Shown here: one piece after another, positions 51,202 through 64,000 of the stretch
Layout: each line of letters opens with the position of its first letter
Numbering within the stretch: the first letter of the stretch is position 1
Assembly (NCBI GenBank): GCA_951406725.2
Contig: OX597818.1
Span: forward strand, 121,520,001 to 121,584,000
Source of the DNA: Octopus vulgaris
Taxonomy: Eukaryota
DNA length: 64,000 bases
Direction: 5' to 3'
Notes under the pieces: generated by a model
Databases searched by the model: none
Seen by the model: the letters and a program-made list of their open reading frames with translations, nothing else
What the model was told of the DNA's origin: nothing
Position numbers and translations under genes: made by a program

Positions 51202-54129
51202 ATGGTTACCTCTTTTATAGTCGCATATATTCATAAATTGGATACAAAAGATGAAGAACAACGCTTCATAAAACGGTTAATATTTTAGTTTGTCTGAGAA
51301 AGTTTTAGATCAGAGTTCATTCTCCCTATACAATGTCGCCTCATATTTTAGTGGAAGCTTTTAATGTTCGGTTCGATAAGTCACAAGATGATCGATGAAA
51401 GTTGTCCGTCTGCTTAATCTTTAATCTCGTTCTATATAATACTGATATGGTACTTTAAAAAATTCGATCTGTAAATCACCTCATTTTAAGATTTCAGCTG
51501 ACCGAAATTTTAATTTTGAAATAAAATTCCAGCTATAAAGTAAAGCAAGCTTCCTCCTTCACTCTTTTTCTATCTTTACGCTTCTGTGATTTCCAAATGA
51601 ATGGAGCAATTCAAGTAGAGTGCAGCTGGATTAAAATCTATTTGCGAAATGAATTTCAATGCAAACAAGACTTTTTTCTCGGGCTTCTATTTGTTGTTGT
51701 TTTTTTTTATAAAATGGGAAGGAAGGTCACTGCCTATAATCTTTGTCAAGTTCCCCAAAAGAGGGAAGTAATCTTCGGGTTAGATGCTTGCAACGACAAA
51801 CTCTGATAAAAGAGCTCAGGAGCTATACGGTGTCTAGGGCTCCGCAAACATACGCATATATAGGGAGAGTTTACGGAAAAACAAAAGACGAAGACAGGTG
51901 GTGTACAAAACAAACAGATGTATTAGTATAACGCTTAGGAATAGAAAAAGTATTTTATGTTTCGAGCCTACGCTCTTCTACAGAAAGGGACACAGAAAAA
52001 ACAAGGAGAGAAAAGAATGTGTGTAGTGGCTAACGATCTATCATGGCATATATACATGCATTCACATTCTTAATCGATATACTTATAATGGTATATATAA
52101 TGGTATATATTATTCATGATAGGCTCCAGTATCGTCCAACTCGAAGCCATAGCAGAAGGATGCTTGCCTGATGTGCTGCGCAGTAGGTTTGAATAAGAAA
52201 CAGTGTGGTTGCCAAACTAGCATCTTAACCACTAAACTATGCAAGCGCTTTTGCAGATAAGATTATTTTATCATTTTATCCTAATACATCATTAATATTT
52301 ATGGCCTTCGTAAAGATGGTAAAATAACTCGAACATAAGAGTTAATTCATCTGGTACCACCCGGATGGTTACATACCGCCCTGACTGTAAGTTAGACGGA
52401 TTTCCACGCTATATATTTTTTTATACTTCATGCTAGTATTACATTTATTTGGATGAGCTTTTTTTGTGTATCTTTCTTTAAATACTATTTCGGTTTTCCT
52501 TTTTTTTCCGCTCTCTATTGGTTTGAATTTTTTGTAGATCCTAACTAATTTGTCTAAAATTGAATATAAAATTACAACGAATCAATACCCATGAGTTTCA
52601 TTAAAAACTCAAGTACTTCTATAGTTTCATCATCTACGTTTATTTACGCTGTTGCAATTTCAAAACCGACCATGTCCAATAACTTCAATGGTAAACTAAA
52701 TACATCGACAAAAAAAAATAGTAACAATAATAATAATCATTTCAGATAAGTAACTCACACGCATCGGTTAGCAATCTGAAAGAAAAAAAAATTAGACTCT
52801 CAAGACGTATACTTTGCTTTTCTGAAATCTCAACTCCTTAATCATATAGGAAGCTGAAATCTTATACTGTATTCTTTTTTACTAACCAGTTCTCTCTTAC
52901 TGAGTTAATTCGTATTACTTTCAGAGTTTTTCATCGAAACTGTTATTTTAGGATGAAACAAACGGAAGTTACATGTAGTGGGTTATATTTTAGTAATTTT
53001 AGTGCCATTTTCTTATGGCAATAATATATATAACACATCAGTTAATATCTATCGATGCATGGCACCCAACAAACATGTAAACATTGATGTGGTTTTCGAT
53101 TAATCATTAAAATAAACAAAACTGCTTCAGAGACATGCAACGCCTAAGTTGGGACCAACAGGCAATCTATGTTTAACCCAATTTCTGACTAAATTGGTAT
53201 TTACAGCTAATAACTTACAGCTGTCTCGGATCAAATGGAAAAACTATCTTATTCCCTTTTTGAAGAATTTGTTTTGCCGAATAAAGAACTTAAAACTCTT
53301 GGGATTAGTTTACCATGATTAATAATCATGTTAGTTTTATCAATATTTTTAATTGCTCCATCGTAGGGAATCGTTGAGAGGTACGGATGTTTTACGTATA
53401 TGTGAGTTCGAATCTCGGTTTCTGGACTTTAAAAAGAAAAAGTATCAGCGCTGTACTGGATTATGCCACTTGCATTCTGTACTTGAAAATCTTGTACTTA
53501 ATCAAAATAAATAATTCTGCAAGAATTTATACTTATACATGAATACATTTCTACGAAGTGAAATTCCTTTCAAATCGAGAAAAATATCTTACTATTCCCA
53601 ATAATTTGGAACTGCTAATGAACAAATAGATCCCTTTACGAGTAAACAAACTTTGCATATTGTCAATTCCTTTGATAAGTCAGTTAAATGCAGTCATAGA
53701 TACTCTAATCATACGCAGAAAATCTAAAGATCAGGCCTGACTTAATTTTTATGATTGCACGTTTCTGTTGTTGAGTGAACGAGAGAAAAACTATCCTCTT
53801 GGTAGTTGTCTCCAAGTTTATCTATTATTATCATGCCTCGTTGCATATATAGGACAGTAGTGATCAATATGTCCTTTCCTAACTTTTAAACAGATCCAAA
53901 CATTAAAAAACAGTGAAGTACGAAAGAGAATAATCAAGCAGAATAAAAACAAAAAAAAAGCGAAATAACTTTTGAAATATTGTTAGCAGATGGAATAAAC
54001 ACTAAAATGATTTTGCTAACAAAGTGGTAAAGTTATAAAATGACAAAATATGAAAGTGCTTTGGTTTATTCTTGTAAAATGCAAGAACAATATTTCCTGC
54101 ATTTCTTTACAATTGCTGATAAGAATACC

Positions 54130-54544
54130 TATTTCTTTACTACCCACAAGGGGCTAAACACAGAGGGGATAAACAAGGATAGACAAACGGATTAAGTCGA
54201 TTACATCGGCCCCAGTGCGTAACTGGTACTTATTTAATCGACCTCGAAAGGAAGAAAGGCAAAGTCGACCTCGGCGGAATTTGAACTCAGAACGTAGCGG
54301 CAGACGAAATACCTATTTCTTTATTACCCACAAGGGGCTAAACACAGAGGGGACAAACAAGGATAGACAAACGGATTAAGTCGATTATATCGATCCCAGT
54401 GAGTAACTGGTACTTATTTAATCGACCCCGAAAGGAAGAAAGGCAAAGTCGACCTCGGATGAATTTGAACTCAGAATGTAGCGGCAGACGAAATAACGCT
54501 AAGCATTTCGCCCGGCGTGCTAACGTTTCTGCCAGCTCGCCGCC
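54130..54544 (-). mobile_element. SINE dimer (head + A + A)
   Basis: 18-bp TSD ATTGYTGATAAGAATACC at 54112-54129 and 54545-54562. Confidence 0.93.
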
Positions 54545-56159
54545 ATTGTTGATAAGAATACCATCAACGTTCATGACTAGACAATTGGTTCGTCAAGACC
54601 CCATTGCGAGTTAAGAATTAATCATTTCAGCTGCTTTTGGGCAATTTCAATAGAAGTAAATTTAAGTTTAAAGATGGAAACAGGAAGTTGGGAAGGAAGT
54701 GAGAGGAGTACATGAGAGCTACAGAGAGTAAGGTTTGGATTTTGAACAAAGGTGTTTAAAATGAATAGCGAAAACAAGATTTTGGTTTAAAATGCCTACT
54801 GGAATTGAAATGTTACTATCACTATAGATTGCTCTTGATCGTCTTTTTTTGTTATATACTTGCGTTACTATCCTTGTATATGATCACTAATCATTTTCAC
54901 TTTGTTAGATGAAGTGCAACGCTCATTACCTTGTTTTTTCACTTTTCTCCAGTCCACTTGGCTAAATATTAGAGCAGCAAAAAGCATAATACTACCCCAC
55001 CCTAAATGGGACGTCAGTAGTTTGTTCTTTGTCAGAGATGAAGATGTTATAATATGTTGCTTATATTCCATGGAAACTTAAATAAGCTTCTGCTTAATGA
55101 TCCTGTGGCCTCATAAGACCTGCCGAAGCCGGCCGCGACGGCCGGAGACGCCAGCCTCCGGCGGACGCGGGAGAGGAAGGAAGGAAGAGCGAGAAGAGTG
55201 AAGGGTTGTGGAACCGCAAAGCGTGCAGCACCGTTGGCTGAGTGCCCTGTTTGTCGGGCTGGCGCCGGCTGGATGGCTGTTGCGTGGTCGGCAACAGTGG
55301 TGAGAGCGGCACGTTAGCGGGCTGCCGCACTGCTACTATTGCACTGTTAGAGGGCCGACGAAGACCAAGACTGAATCAGTTGAAAAAAGACTAAAACTGA
55401 TGGAGTGGGGAAGAAATAGAAGTGGATTGGTTACTGCAATAGGAGGCAACATTTTAAGATATGTTTATATTATTCGACAAGCGACCTTGTCCGAGTGCTT
55501 ACAGTAGTAACTCCAATAAAGGCTTCTTTGAGCCAGATGGAGTTATAGCAGTTGATAGGTTAAGTCTGCCACCTGAAACGAGTATAATTCATCTGATTAA
55601 CATCTGCACACGTTACGTTTATCCAGTTCATGGCTTTAAACATTTTTCCGGGATCAGATCCAGAAACATGATGGTGAAGCTTAACTTCCTAATCCTTTCA
55701 ACCATGCCTGCACCTATAGAGTAGCTGTTACTCTAGGCTAGCAACCCTATGTGCCTGTACCATCCAAGCTCACCTTTCTTCCTTGCCCATCAAATACCCT
55801 TCTCCTCGCCTCGTTGGTCTTACATATCTGTGTCAGATCCTCTTATTAAACACTTCAGTCCTTCTTTAGAAGGTTTGTATCTTTCTTTACTGGATGAATG
55901 GTTGATCTAGAGCTTGTACTGTCGATTCATTGAATATAGTGTTAGTCCTGTGAAATGATTACGATGCAATCATTCTCTCTTATACTTCACGTACATAAAA
56001 AGCCTTGCATTGTTGGAAACGGTAGTGAACCGAATTCACCATGGGGGCCAACCCGATGGCATTTTTAACTAAGATATTTAACTGCATTCTTTCAATTGAT
56101 TTTAAGTCTTAGTTTCAGGCCTGTCGCGAGCAAACAAGCTCGTTAGACAAACCTTTTCC

Positions 56160-56465
56160 CCCCGTTTCCATGGAGTATAAGCGACAAAGTATACTACCTC
56201 CCTGCCATTGTATAATATTACCCCTGACTAAGAGCATAATACTCGTGTACCGTTCAGGGTGGGATAGCATTATACTCTCAAGTCAGGTAGGGGTAATCTA
56301 CTCCGTTAACCTCAGCTTTTGCTGGTTTTCATTTACAGTTCAGTGGTCTGGAGAAACATGAAGTTTTGTTCAGCAAAAAAAAGAGTGCTGCTCGGCTTTG
56401 AACGCGAACCCACGACTTTTCAATCATGAGCAAAACTCCCTACAACCAGACCACGCACCTTCACC
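56160..56465 (-). mobile_element. Old tRNA/CORE-like SINE with a CTTATACTCCATGGAAAC tail
   Basis: Degenerate head at ~56400-56465; the same tail motif occurs at ~17810-17826 and ~55060-55077. Confidence 0.55.
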
Positions 56466-57057
56466 TCAGTAGGTCTACTTGTATATTACTTCGACTACCT
56501 CTTTGTGAACTCTTCCTTCTTCTTCAGTTTTAACCTTCTTTTTTTTTTTTCTATCCTCCGCCTACGGTCAAAGTTATTGATCCCAGTCCTTGGTCTAAGA
56601 TTACTGGTTTTGGAACGAGTACTTTATTTCATCGACCCCGAAAGGATGAAAAACAAAAAAGTTCTCGGCAGAATTCGAACACCATTTTCACCGACGTATT
56701 CACGAACACTTGTAACTCTGAATTCGCTGCTCTCTCAGTCCTAACCAAGTTCTCAGAATCACACGACCACTTTTTCAGTAAACCCATGAGTGAACTTTTA
56801 CGTGGTCGATCGGGTGCTCTACTAGAACAAGCAGCAGCCATAAAACTCTCCTATAAATCCACTGTCTTAAAAGAAATGTAATCCCAGCGATCAAAGTTAC
56901 ACAGTCTTAACTAAGGCATTAGCATCAAACTGGATCTAAACATTGGTAAAGTCCTTCCTCAACACGTTTTAGCACGATTAATGGCTTCTTTAGATTTATG
57001 GACCTGTTGTCAATTTCAATACAGCTATTTCATGATATGTATAAATTTAGATCGCTA

Positions 57058-57670
57058 CGCGGCGATCTGGCAGAAACATTAGCACGCCGGACGAAATACT
57101 TTGCGGTATTTGGTCTGCCGTTACGTTCAGAGTTCAAATTCCGCCGAGGTCGACTTTGCCTTTCATCCTTTCGGGGTTGATTAAATAAGTACCAGTTGCG
57201 CACTGGGGTCGATGTAATCGACTTAATCCATTTGTCTGTCCTTGTTTGTCCTCTCCTTGTTTGTCCTGTGGGCAGTAAAGAAATAGGTATTTCGTCTGCC
57301 CCTACGTTCTGAGTTCAAATTCCGCCGATGTCGGCTTTGCCTTTCATTCTTTCGGGGTCGATTAAATAAGTACCAGTTACGCACTGGGGATCGATGTAAT
57401 CGACTTAATCCGTTTGTCTGTCCTTGTTTGTCCCCTCTGTGTGTAGCCCCTTGTGGGTAGTAAAAAAATAAGAACCGTTAGCAGGCCGGGCGAAATGCTC
57501 AGCAGTATTTCGTCTGCCGTTAGATTCTGAGTTAAAATTTCACCGAGGTCGACTTTGCTTTTCATCCTTTGGGAGGTCGATAAATTAAGTACCAGTTGAG
57601 TACTGGGGTGGATGTACTCGACTAGCCTTCTCCCCCATATCTCGGGCCTTGTGCCTATTGTAGAAAGAAT
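57058..57670 (+). mobile_element. SINE tandem array (head + A + A + partial head + B)
   Basis: Units joined at AAATAG|GTATTTCG. Confidence 0.9.
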
Positions 57671-57921
57671 TATAACTTAACAAAACACACACATACCGTA
57701 CACACGCTTACAAATATGTATATTGACCACAACAAGAATAAGTTATTCCTTAATTTCTTTCATTACTTTTCATCACAGTAATGGAATAGCAATCATTTGA
57801 GCATCAGGCAAAATGTCTTACGTTGTTTCCTCTGGATCGTTAGGTTTTGGTTTCAAATCGCAAGGAGACCAACTTCGCTTTTTATCTCTTCGGAGTTAAT
57901 AAAATGTCAGTCATATACTTT

Positions 57922-58126
57922 TTTACTTGTTTCAGTCATTTGACTGTGGCCATGCTGGAGCACCGCCTTTAGTCGAGCAAATCGACCCCAGGACTTATTC
58001 TTTGTAAGCCTAGTACTTATTCTTTGTAAGCCTAGTACTTATTCTATCGGTCTCTTTTGCCGAACCACTAAGTTACGCGGACGTAAACACACCAGCATCG
58101 ATTGTCAAGCGATTTTGGGACACACC

Positions 58127-58183
<57 letters not shown>

Positions 58184-58310
58184 TTACACATGATGGGTGG
58201 CTTTCAGTTTCTGTCTACAAGGCTTTGGTCGGCCCGAGGCTATAGTAGACGGCACTTGCCCAAAGTGCCACGCTGTGGGACTGAGCCGGCAACCCGCAAC
58301 AATGTGGTTC
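57922..58310 (-). mobile_element. OK-like SINE with (CA)n(TA)n
   Basis: Reverse complement of 35835-36205; internal 22-bp tandem duplication near 57993-58037. Confidence 0.88.
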
Positions 58311-59345
58311 GTATACTAGGATTGATTTAATTTGTCTGTCTCCTCCATAATTTCAGGTTTTGTAACTATGTTAGAAATAATTACGACTGTAGATTAGAAA
58401 TAATCATGATAGTCATTAGAACGTCGAATAAAATACTTTGCAGTATTTTTTTTCCGACTGTTAACTTTCTGGGTTCAAATCCTGCAGAGGTTAGCTAAGC
58501 CTATCATCCATCTGGAGTCACTGAAATACCAGTAAAATACTGGGGCCCCAAATGTTTTGATTAACGCTCTAACACTTCTAAATTACTGACCTTGTGTCTA
58601 AATTAGAAATGTTTTTTTCTATTCTCATTACAACACTTTAAAGAACCGTTTATATTCAATCTACAAGCAGTTGACATATGTAAATTAGAGGGATGTCATC
58701 AAATATTTTTGTCATGTTTCTTTTTGTAATGCACACGATCATTGCACCCACATGCAGAATGTGTCAGTACTTGCAGCACAACAGGTTTCAATTTTCACCG
58801 TATTTTACTCTATAGACTCCATTTCATACCATTCAGTATTTATTACTTGTTGCTGCTGTCCTCACTATAATCTCAAGTGATCTAATTGTTAGATTTCGGT
58901 ACGAACGGTGTTTTACTTTTAAATATAATTTTTATATTTTTTTTATTTTATTTTATCTCATTTCAAGCTTTCATGGAAAAAAACAAACAAACAAAAAAAC
59001 ACACGTGTCTCAACCGAGGTTTTGTCGTACAATTCTTTTCACGTTTTCTACTTTTGTTATGGTTTAGCTTGCTACTTTTATAACAGAACTTTGTCCCGCT
59101 AAGGTTATACAATTTGAATGGCGGGTGCACTGTAGGATACTTTAAGAGTTAAAATTATATTTTTTGTTCTTAATTTTACAGTGTTTCGAAAGCAGTGTCA
59201 TACCTTTTGTGTAATGACTAATGCAATTTTTAAAATATTAGTGATATTCATTTAGAATATAATACTTCATAGTAAATAAAACAATTTGTCACTTAGCTTA
59301 TCATTATAGTATTTCTTGCTATTTCAAGTTCGGTTTTCAATTATT

Positions 59346-59746
59346 TATTTCTTTACTACCCACAAGGGGACAAACACGAACAGACAAAGGGATTGTCGAT
59401 TACATCGACTCCAGTTCGAAACTGGTACTTTATTTATCGACCCCGAGAGGATGAAAGGCAAAGTCGACGTCGGCGGAATTTGATCTCAGAACGTAACGAC
59501 AGACGAAATACCTATTTCTTTATTACCCACAAGGGGCTAAACACAGAGGGGACAAACAAGGACAGACATAGGTATTAAGTCGATAACATCGACCCCAATG
59601 CGTAACTGGTACTTAATTTATCGACCCCGAAAGGATGAAAGGCAAAGTTGACCTCGGCGGAATTTTGAACTCACAACATAACGCAGACGAAATGCCGCTA
59701 AGCATTTCGCCCGGCGTGCTAACGTTTCTGCCAGCTCGCCGCCTTA
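59346..59746 (-). mobile_element. SINE dimer (head + A + A)
   Basis: Two units on the reverse strand. Confidence 0.9.
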
Positions 59747-60009
59747 TTCTCTGATAAAGAATATATTTACGTTTTAACACCTATTTCGAGGTGTGTAACA
59801 GCTTAAAATATCATCGGAATAACTTGCGAAGAAAAATTACATCCATAACAAGCAATTTTAATCATTGTTCTTTCGCATAATTCCCATATTTTCAGTGAGT
59901 AAAATAATCACTCTGTCTGAGCGATTGTGTGTGTCGAACGAATGAGAAAGGATTGCTTAGTTCGTGTTGCAGAGAAATGGGTGTACATATATACAGGTAC
60001 AACCCCGAT

Positions 60010-60426
60010 AAGGCGGCGAGCTGGCAGAAACGTTAGCACGCCGGACGAAATGCGCAGTCGTATTTCGTCTGCCGCTACGTTCTGAGTTCAAATTCCGCTG
60101 AGGTCGACTTTGCCTTTCATCCTTTCGGGGTCGATAAATTAAGCACCAGTTACGCACTGGGGTCAATATAATCGACTTAATCCGTTTGTCTGTCTTTGTT
60201 TGTCCCCTCTGTGTGTAGCCCCTTGTGGGTAGTAAAGAAATAGGTATTTTCGCCTGCCGCTGCGTTCTGAGTTCAAATTCCGCCGAGGTCGACTTTGCCT
60301 TTCATCCTTTCGGGGTCGATAAATTAAGTACCAGTTACGCACTGGGATCGATATAATCGACTTAATCCGTTTGTCTGTCTTTGTTTGTCCCCTCTGTGTG
60401 TAGCCCCTTGTAGGTAGTAAAGAAAT
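60010..60426 (+). mobile_element. SINE dimer (head + A + A)
   Basis: 15-bp TSD AGGTACAACCCCGAT at 59995-60009 and 60427-60441. Confidence 0.94.
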
Positions 60427-61329
60427 AGGTACAACCCCGATTTTCTGAAACCTTTGTTTCCAAAGCCTTTCCGAATTTCTCTGTACCTGGGGTGGTCATT
60501 TTGTTCAACACACTCGAAATTAAATATCAAATTTAAATGTAATACAGATCCCTGTACATTAGTGTCTGGAAAGTGGGTGTTGCGACTGTGATATATAATG
60601 TTAAAGGATCAACCAGTTCACATCTTATATTATTTATCAATATTTGTAATGACCCGGTTTTATCTTCAAAAATATTATGTTGTCATTCATTAAGAATGTA
60701 AGTCTAGTGTCTGCGTGTACATCGACGACACTTTGAGAGAATCCAAAGTGATATATCTGAAACATAATTGCCTGTCAAAAGTGTCTGTCTTTTCAGACCT
60801 GGTTTCATTCACCATGGATATATGTGTGCCGCCGGTATTCATTTACTAGCTCGATGCTCCCTCCCTCTTTTACACTTTTTTTTACCCAGTTATGTTGAGA
60901 TTTAATTGGGATTATTTTGTTTAATCGCCTTTTTCTCTGCTTTTATTTTTGCTTACTGCACGTGATGGCAATTATTTCTTATTGTCTTGTGATGAGTTTC
61001 CCTGCTCACGAGTTTTTTTTTATGCTGGTGTCATGATTACTACTAAATGGAAATGTTCAACTCGTTTCTTTTCTTTATATATATATATACACATATATAA
61101 TATCCATTCGTCATTCCTGTGTAAATATGTCGGATTTCGAATTCTGAATAATTTCTTTAAAGTTTCAACAAAAACGAAAATTCTTCCAGTAATAAACGTA
61201 ATGATATCTTTGAACTATAATAGCATCCAAGTATATGAAACTGCCAATCAGAAATGTTGCCAACGTAGTTTCATAATCCAGTGACGTACATTTTCTTTAG
61301 AATGAAGCAATCCATATACCTGAATAACC

Positions 61330-61638
61330 GGATCTTTTCACTTTGACCGGCAGATTTTTAAAATAATTTCTTTGTAACTAAACACTTTTAAACTTCGTAT
61401 ACTCGTAGTGGGTTACATAAATCATCTTTTTCTCTTGGCTTTCTTGAGAAAATTCTGTAGTTTGTAAGCTATTTGTTGTTTAATTTTTTGCATTTCGGCA
61501 ATTTCAACCAATCAATGACGTCTATTGAGGTGAATACAATTTCTGCCGTATTTTGTCAACAACATTTTCTGGCGGTTTAAAAGTGTTTAGTTACAAAGAA
61601 ATTATTTTAAAAATCTGCCGGTCAAAGTGAAAAGATCC
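61330..61638. mobile_element. MITE with 64-bp TIRs, Merlin-like
   Basis: TIRs at 61330-61393 and 61575-61638 begin GGATC; 8-bp TSD GAATAACC. GG termini with an 8-9 bp TSD fit Merlin/IS1016. Confidence 0.85.
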
Positions 61639-62428
61639 GAATAACCTTTTAAATAAGCATTGCATCGGTGTCTAGTGTGGACAAGACATTCAAATAGAAA
61701 ATTAGTTTTAATTAGTAGCAACTGAGTTTTGATTTTGGTAGTTTAACCTCGAGATCGGCAAATAACTTGAGTCATGTATTCTAATGTCAATTTAGTCTAA
61801 AATTGTAGAAATGTGTCAACGAATCTTTGACAGTGCACAGTAATGAGAAAAAATAGGATTATCTTTATAATGGAAACAGAATTTTACTCGTGGCAAAAGT
61901 AACCCTTAAACAGATCTTTTTGCTATCAATTATAGATTTGACATAAAATTCTTTCTCTCGTAGACTTCCAGATGTTTTATAGCAAGTCTCATTCTGTCCC
62001 GCTAATTGGCACTGAATGTTACGTATAGAATGGAGCTTCAGATACGACAGGAGCATTTTCCAAACATAAGTCCATCGTATGTTAAAAAATAAAATCTTTA
62101 CAGCCTCATTTTAGGGATTCTTAACTCTTTTGAGACATATGGTGCTTTGGTATGTGTAGCCAAAACGACCAAAGTTTTTATTTTTGTTGAGATTGAAATC
62201 GATGGATACATGTAGAAAACAAAGTTCCTAAGACAACTTTATTAACATGTAAAACTATATATTTTATGTCTACTGAAAGACAATTCCTCATTGGCTATTA
62301 CACATCAAAACGTTTATTTCGTCGGGCAGATGGATCGGCCTCAAAGTCCTTTCAGCTTGCATCACTTGGGCCGATCCGTCGGCCCGCGCGTCGGAAGAGG
62401 GTTAAAATTTATACAAATCGGACAGCTG

Positions 62429-62733
62429 TATATATGTTCCTTCTCGAGCCATGCCTGACTCATCAGGGCCGGTTTCCCAGATTCTTTGGCGTATAGGTTC
62501 CCCACCTGAACGGGACGCCAGTCCGTCGAAGGTGAGCTGCAAGATGCAGGAGGAAAGCGTGAAAGAAAGTTGTGGCGATAGAGTCAGCAGAAGTTCGCCA
62601 TTACCTTATGCCGGAGCCGCGTGGAGCTTAGGTGTTTCGCTCATAAACACAGACATCGCCCGGTCTGAGATTCGAACCCACGATCCCTCGACCGCGAATC
62701 CGCCGCTCTAACCACTAGGCCATGTGCCTCCAC
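62429..62733 (-). mobile_element. OR1-related SINE (body X, tail 2)
   Basis: 13-bp TSD AATCGGACAGCTG at 62416-62428 and 62734-62746. Confidence 0.92.
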
Positions 62734-63533
62734 AATCGGACAGCTGCATTATTTCTGAATCCCTTGGCTATTGGAGATAAGGTTGGACAATTATCGATCT
62801 GATGACGTTTATTGTGGCACAAACACGTGTTCAAGATTGTTGTCTTCTCTCCAGACAATAAGCACGTTCTTTTCTTTAACGCCATGTTAACTTTGGAAAA
62901 TTCTCGATTCTTAAGATATCCCTGTCTTATATGGAACTAGTCATAATTGCCATTTCGTAATTATTACATCCTCAAGGGGCGGAGATAGTAATGCATCGTA
63001 TTTGATATGCCCGTATATGTCTCTGTTTAAATACATGCCACTGGCTACTCTTAGCTGTTTCTCTCAGCTCATTATTGTTTAAATTATGCATTATATAAAC
63101 CTATAAACCTATTTTCTCTGGTATGGGACAAACCTTAGAAATTATGCAGTTTTTTTTCACACACTTTCACCGTGTCCACTGGTATCTACTGCTTATTTGT
63201 CCCAATTGTTTTTATGTTTTTACTTGACCGTAGGACTTACTATAAATAGCAAAAATAAGTCTTTCAAAGAAATTGATTGACCCTTATCTCACACCGTATG
63301 CAATAGTTTTCTTTATTTCATAATTTGTCCGATTTGTTTTTTTTTAATCTTGAGTATTATGAAAAATGTTTTACTTCAACATTTTTTGCAAAAGGTCTCA
63401 GCTGCGCAACTAGTAAAACCTGCAACGGTTCTCATAGGTGTCATTGTGTTGACACGACTCAGGGAAAAGAAAACCATGTTTTGAATGTTGAAAAATGATC
63501 AAGGATTTCACTCTCACTCTCTCTCTCTCCCTC

Positions 63534-63580
<47 letters not shown>

Positions 63581-63628
63581 ATAAAATCACAGGAGTAGAA
63601 TTCCTGAATTAAAGTTAGAGGAGTTTTA

Positions 63629-63669
<41 letters not shown>

Positions 63670-63916
63670 TATTATCTAAGGCACTACTAGCATGAATACC
63701 TCACTTCTACAAAATGTCGTTGGACATTTATTAATTACAATAAAACCATTGATTAAAATCTGCTCATAAAAGATATTGAAACTTTATTTTTTTTTTCTTA
63801 GTTGTTTCACAAATTAAAATATTTATTTTTCTTGTATTTCATTCGTTTCGGCGATTTTTTATTATAACATTTGTCCAGGTTTCCGCAATTCTTTTTTCTT
63901 TTAATATATCAATTAG

Positions 63917-63961
<45 letters not shown>

Positions 63962-64000
63962 GCCAACAGTGTATTTTCAGTACACCATATAGAATTTTTG

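Noticed and set aside
51860-52048. Hammerhead-like motif on the minus strand (CUGUAGA-A-GAGC-GUAG-GCUC-GAAAC, 51959-51983)
   Set aside because: The core is mutated and no stem I or III can be formed. It is probably a Penelope-type terminal remnant, not supportable as a ribozyme.
63969-64000. TTTTCAG|TACACCATAT as GST exon 2 (TPY-like)
   Set aside because: The phase does not match the phase-1 donor; in frame it reads LHHIEFL.

Overview
AT-rich eukaryotic genomic DNA, very probably from an octopus (inferred from the tRNA-derived SINE families, which resemble the octopus OK/OR1/OR2 types). Only one host coding segment is supported: the first coding exon of a sigma-class glutathione S-transferase (HPGDS/S-crystallin family) at 2091-2226 (+), which the ORF track missed. 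No second exon was found, so the remaining ~62 kb is probably a very large, repeat-filled intron. It holds degenerate non-LTR retrotransposons of several clades (L1/Tx1, CRE, RTE, R4/Dong, CR1 group), a mariner remnant, MITEs (hAT, Merlin-like, piggyBac-like) and dozens of SINE copies. Most notable: a type I hammerhead ribozyme fold at 8184-8258 (-); a SINE that builds 184-bp tandem arrays and appears to favour GGTAT targets, including its own copies; SINE bodies and tails in mixed combinations; and a LINE-SINE pair sharing a 3' stem-loop tail. Almost all ORFs in the supplied track are microsatellite or repeat artefacts. All family assignments are by eye and from memory; no searches were run.
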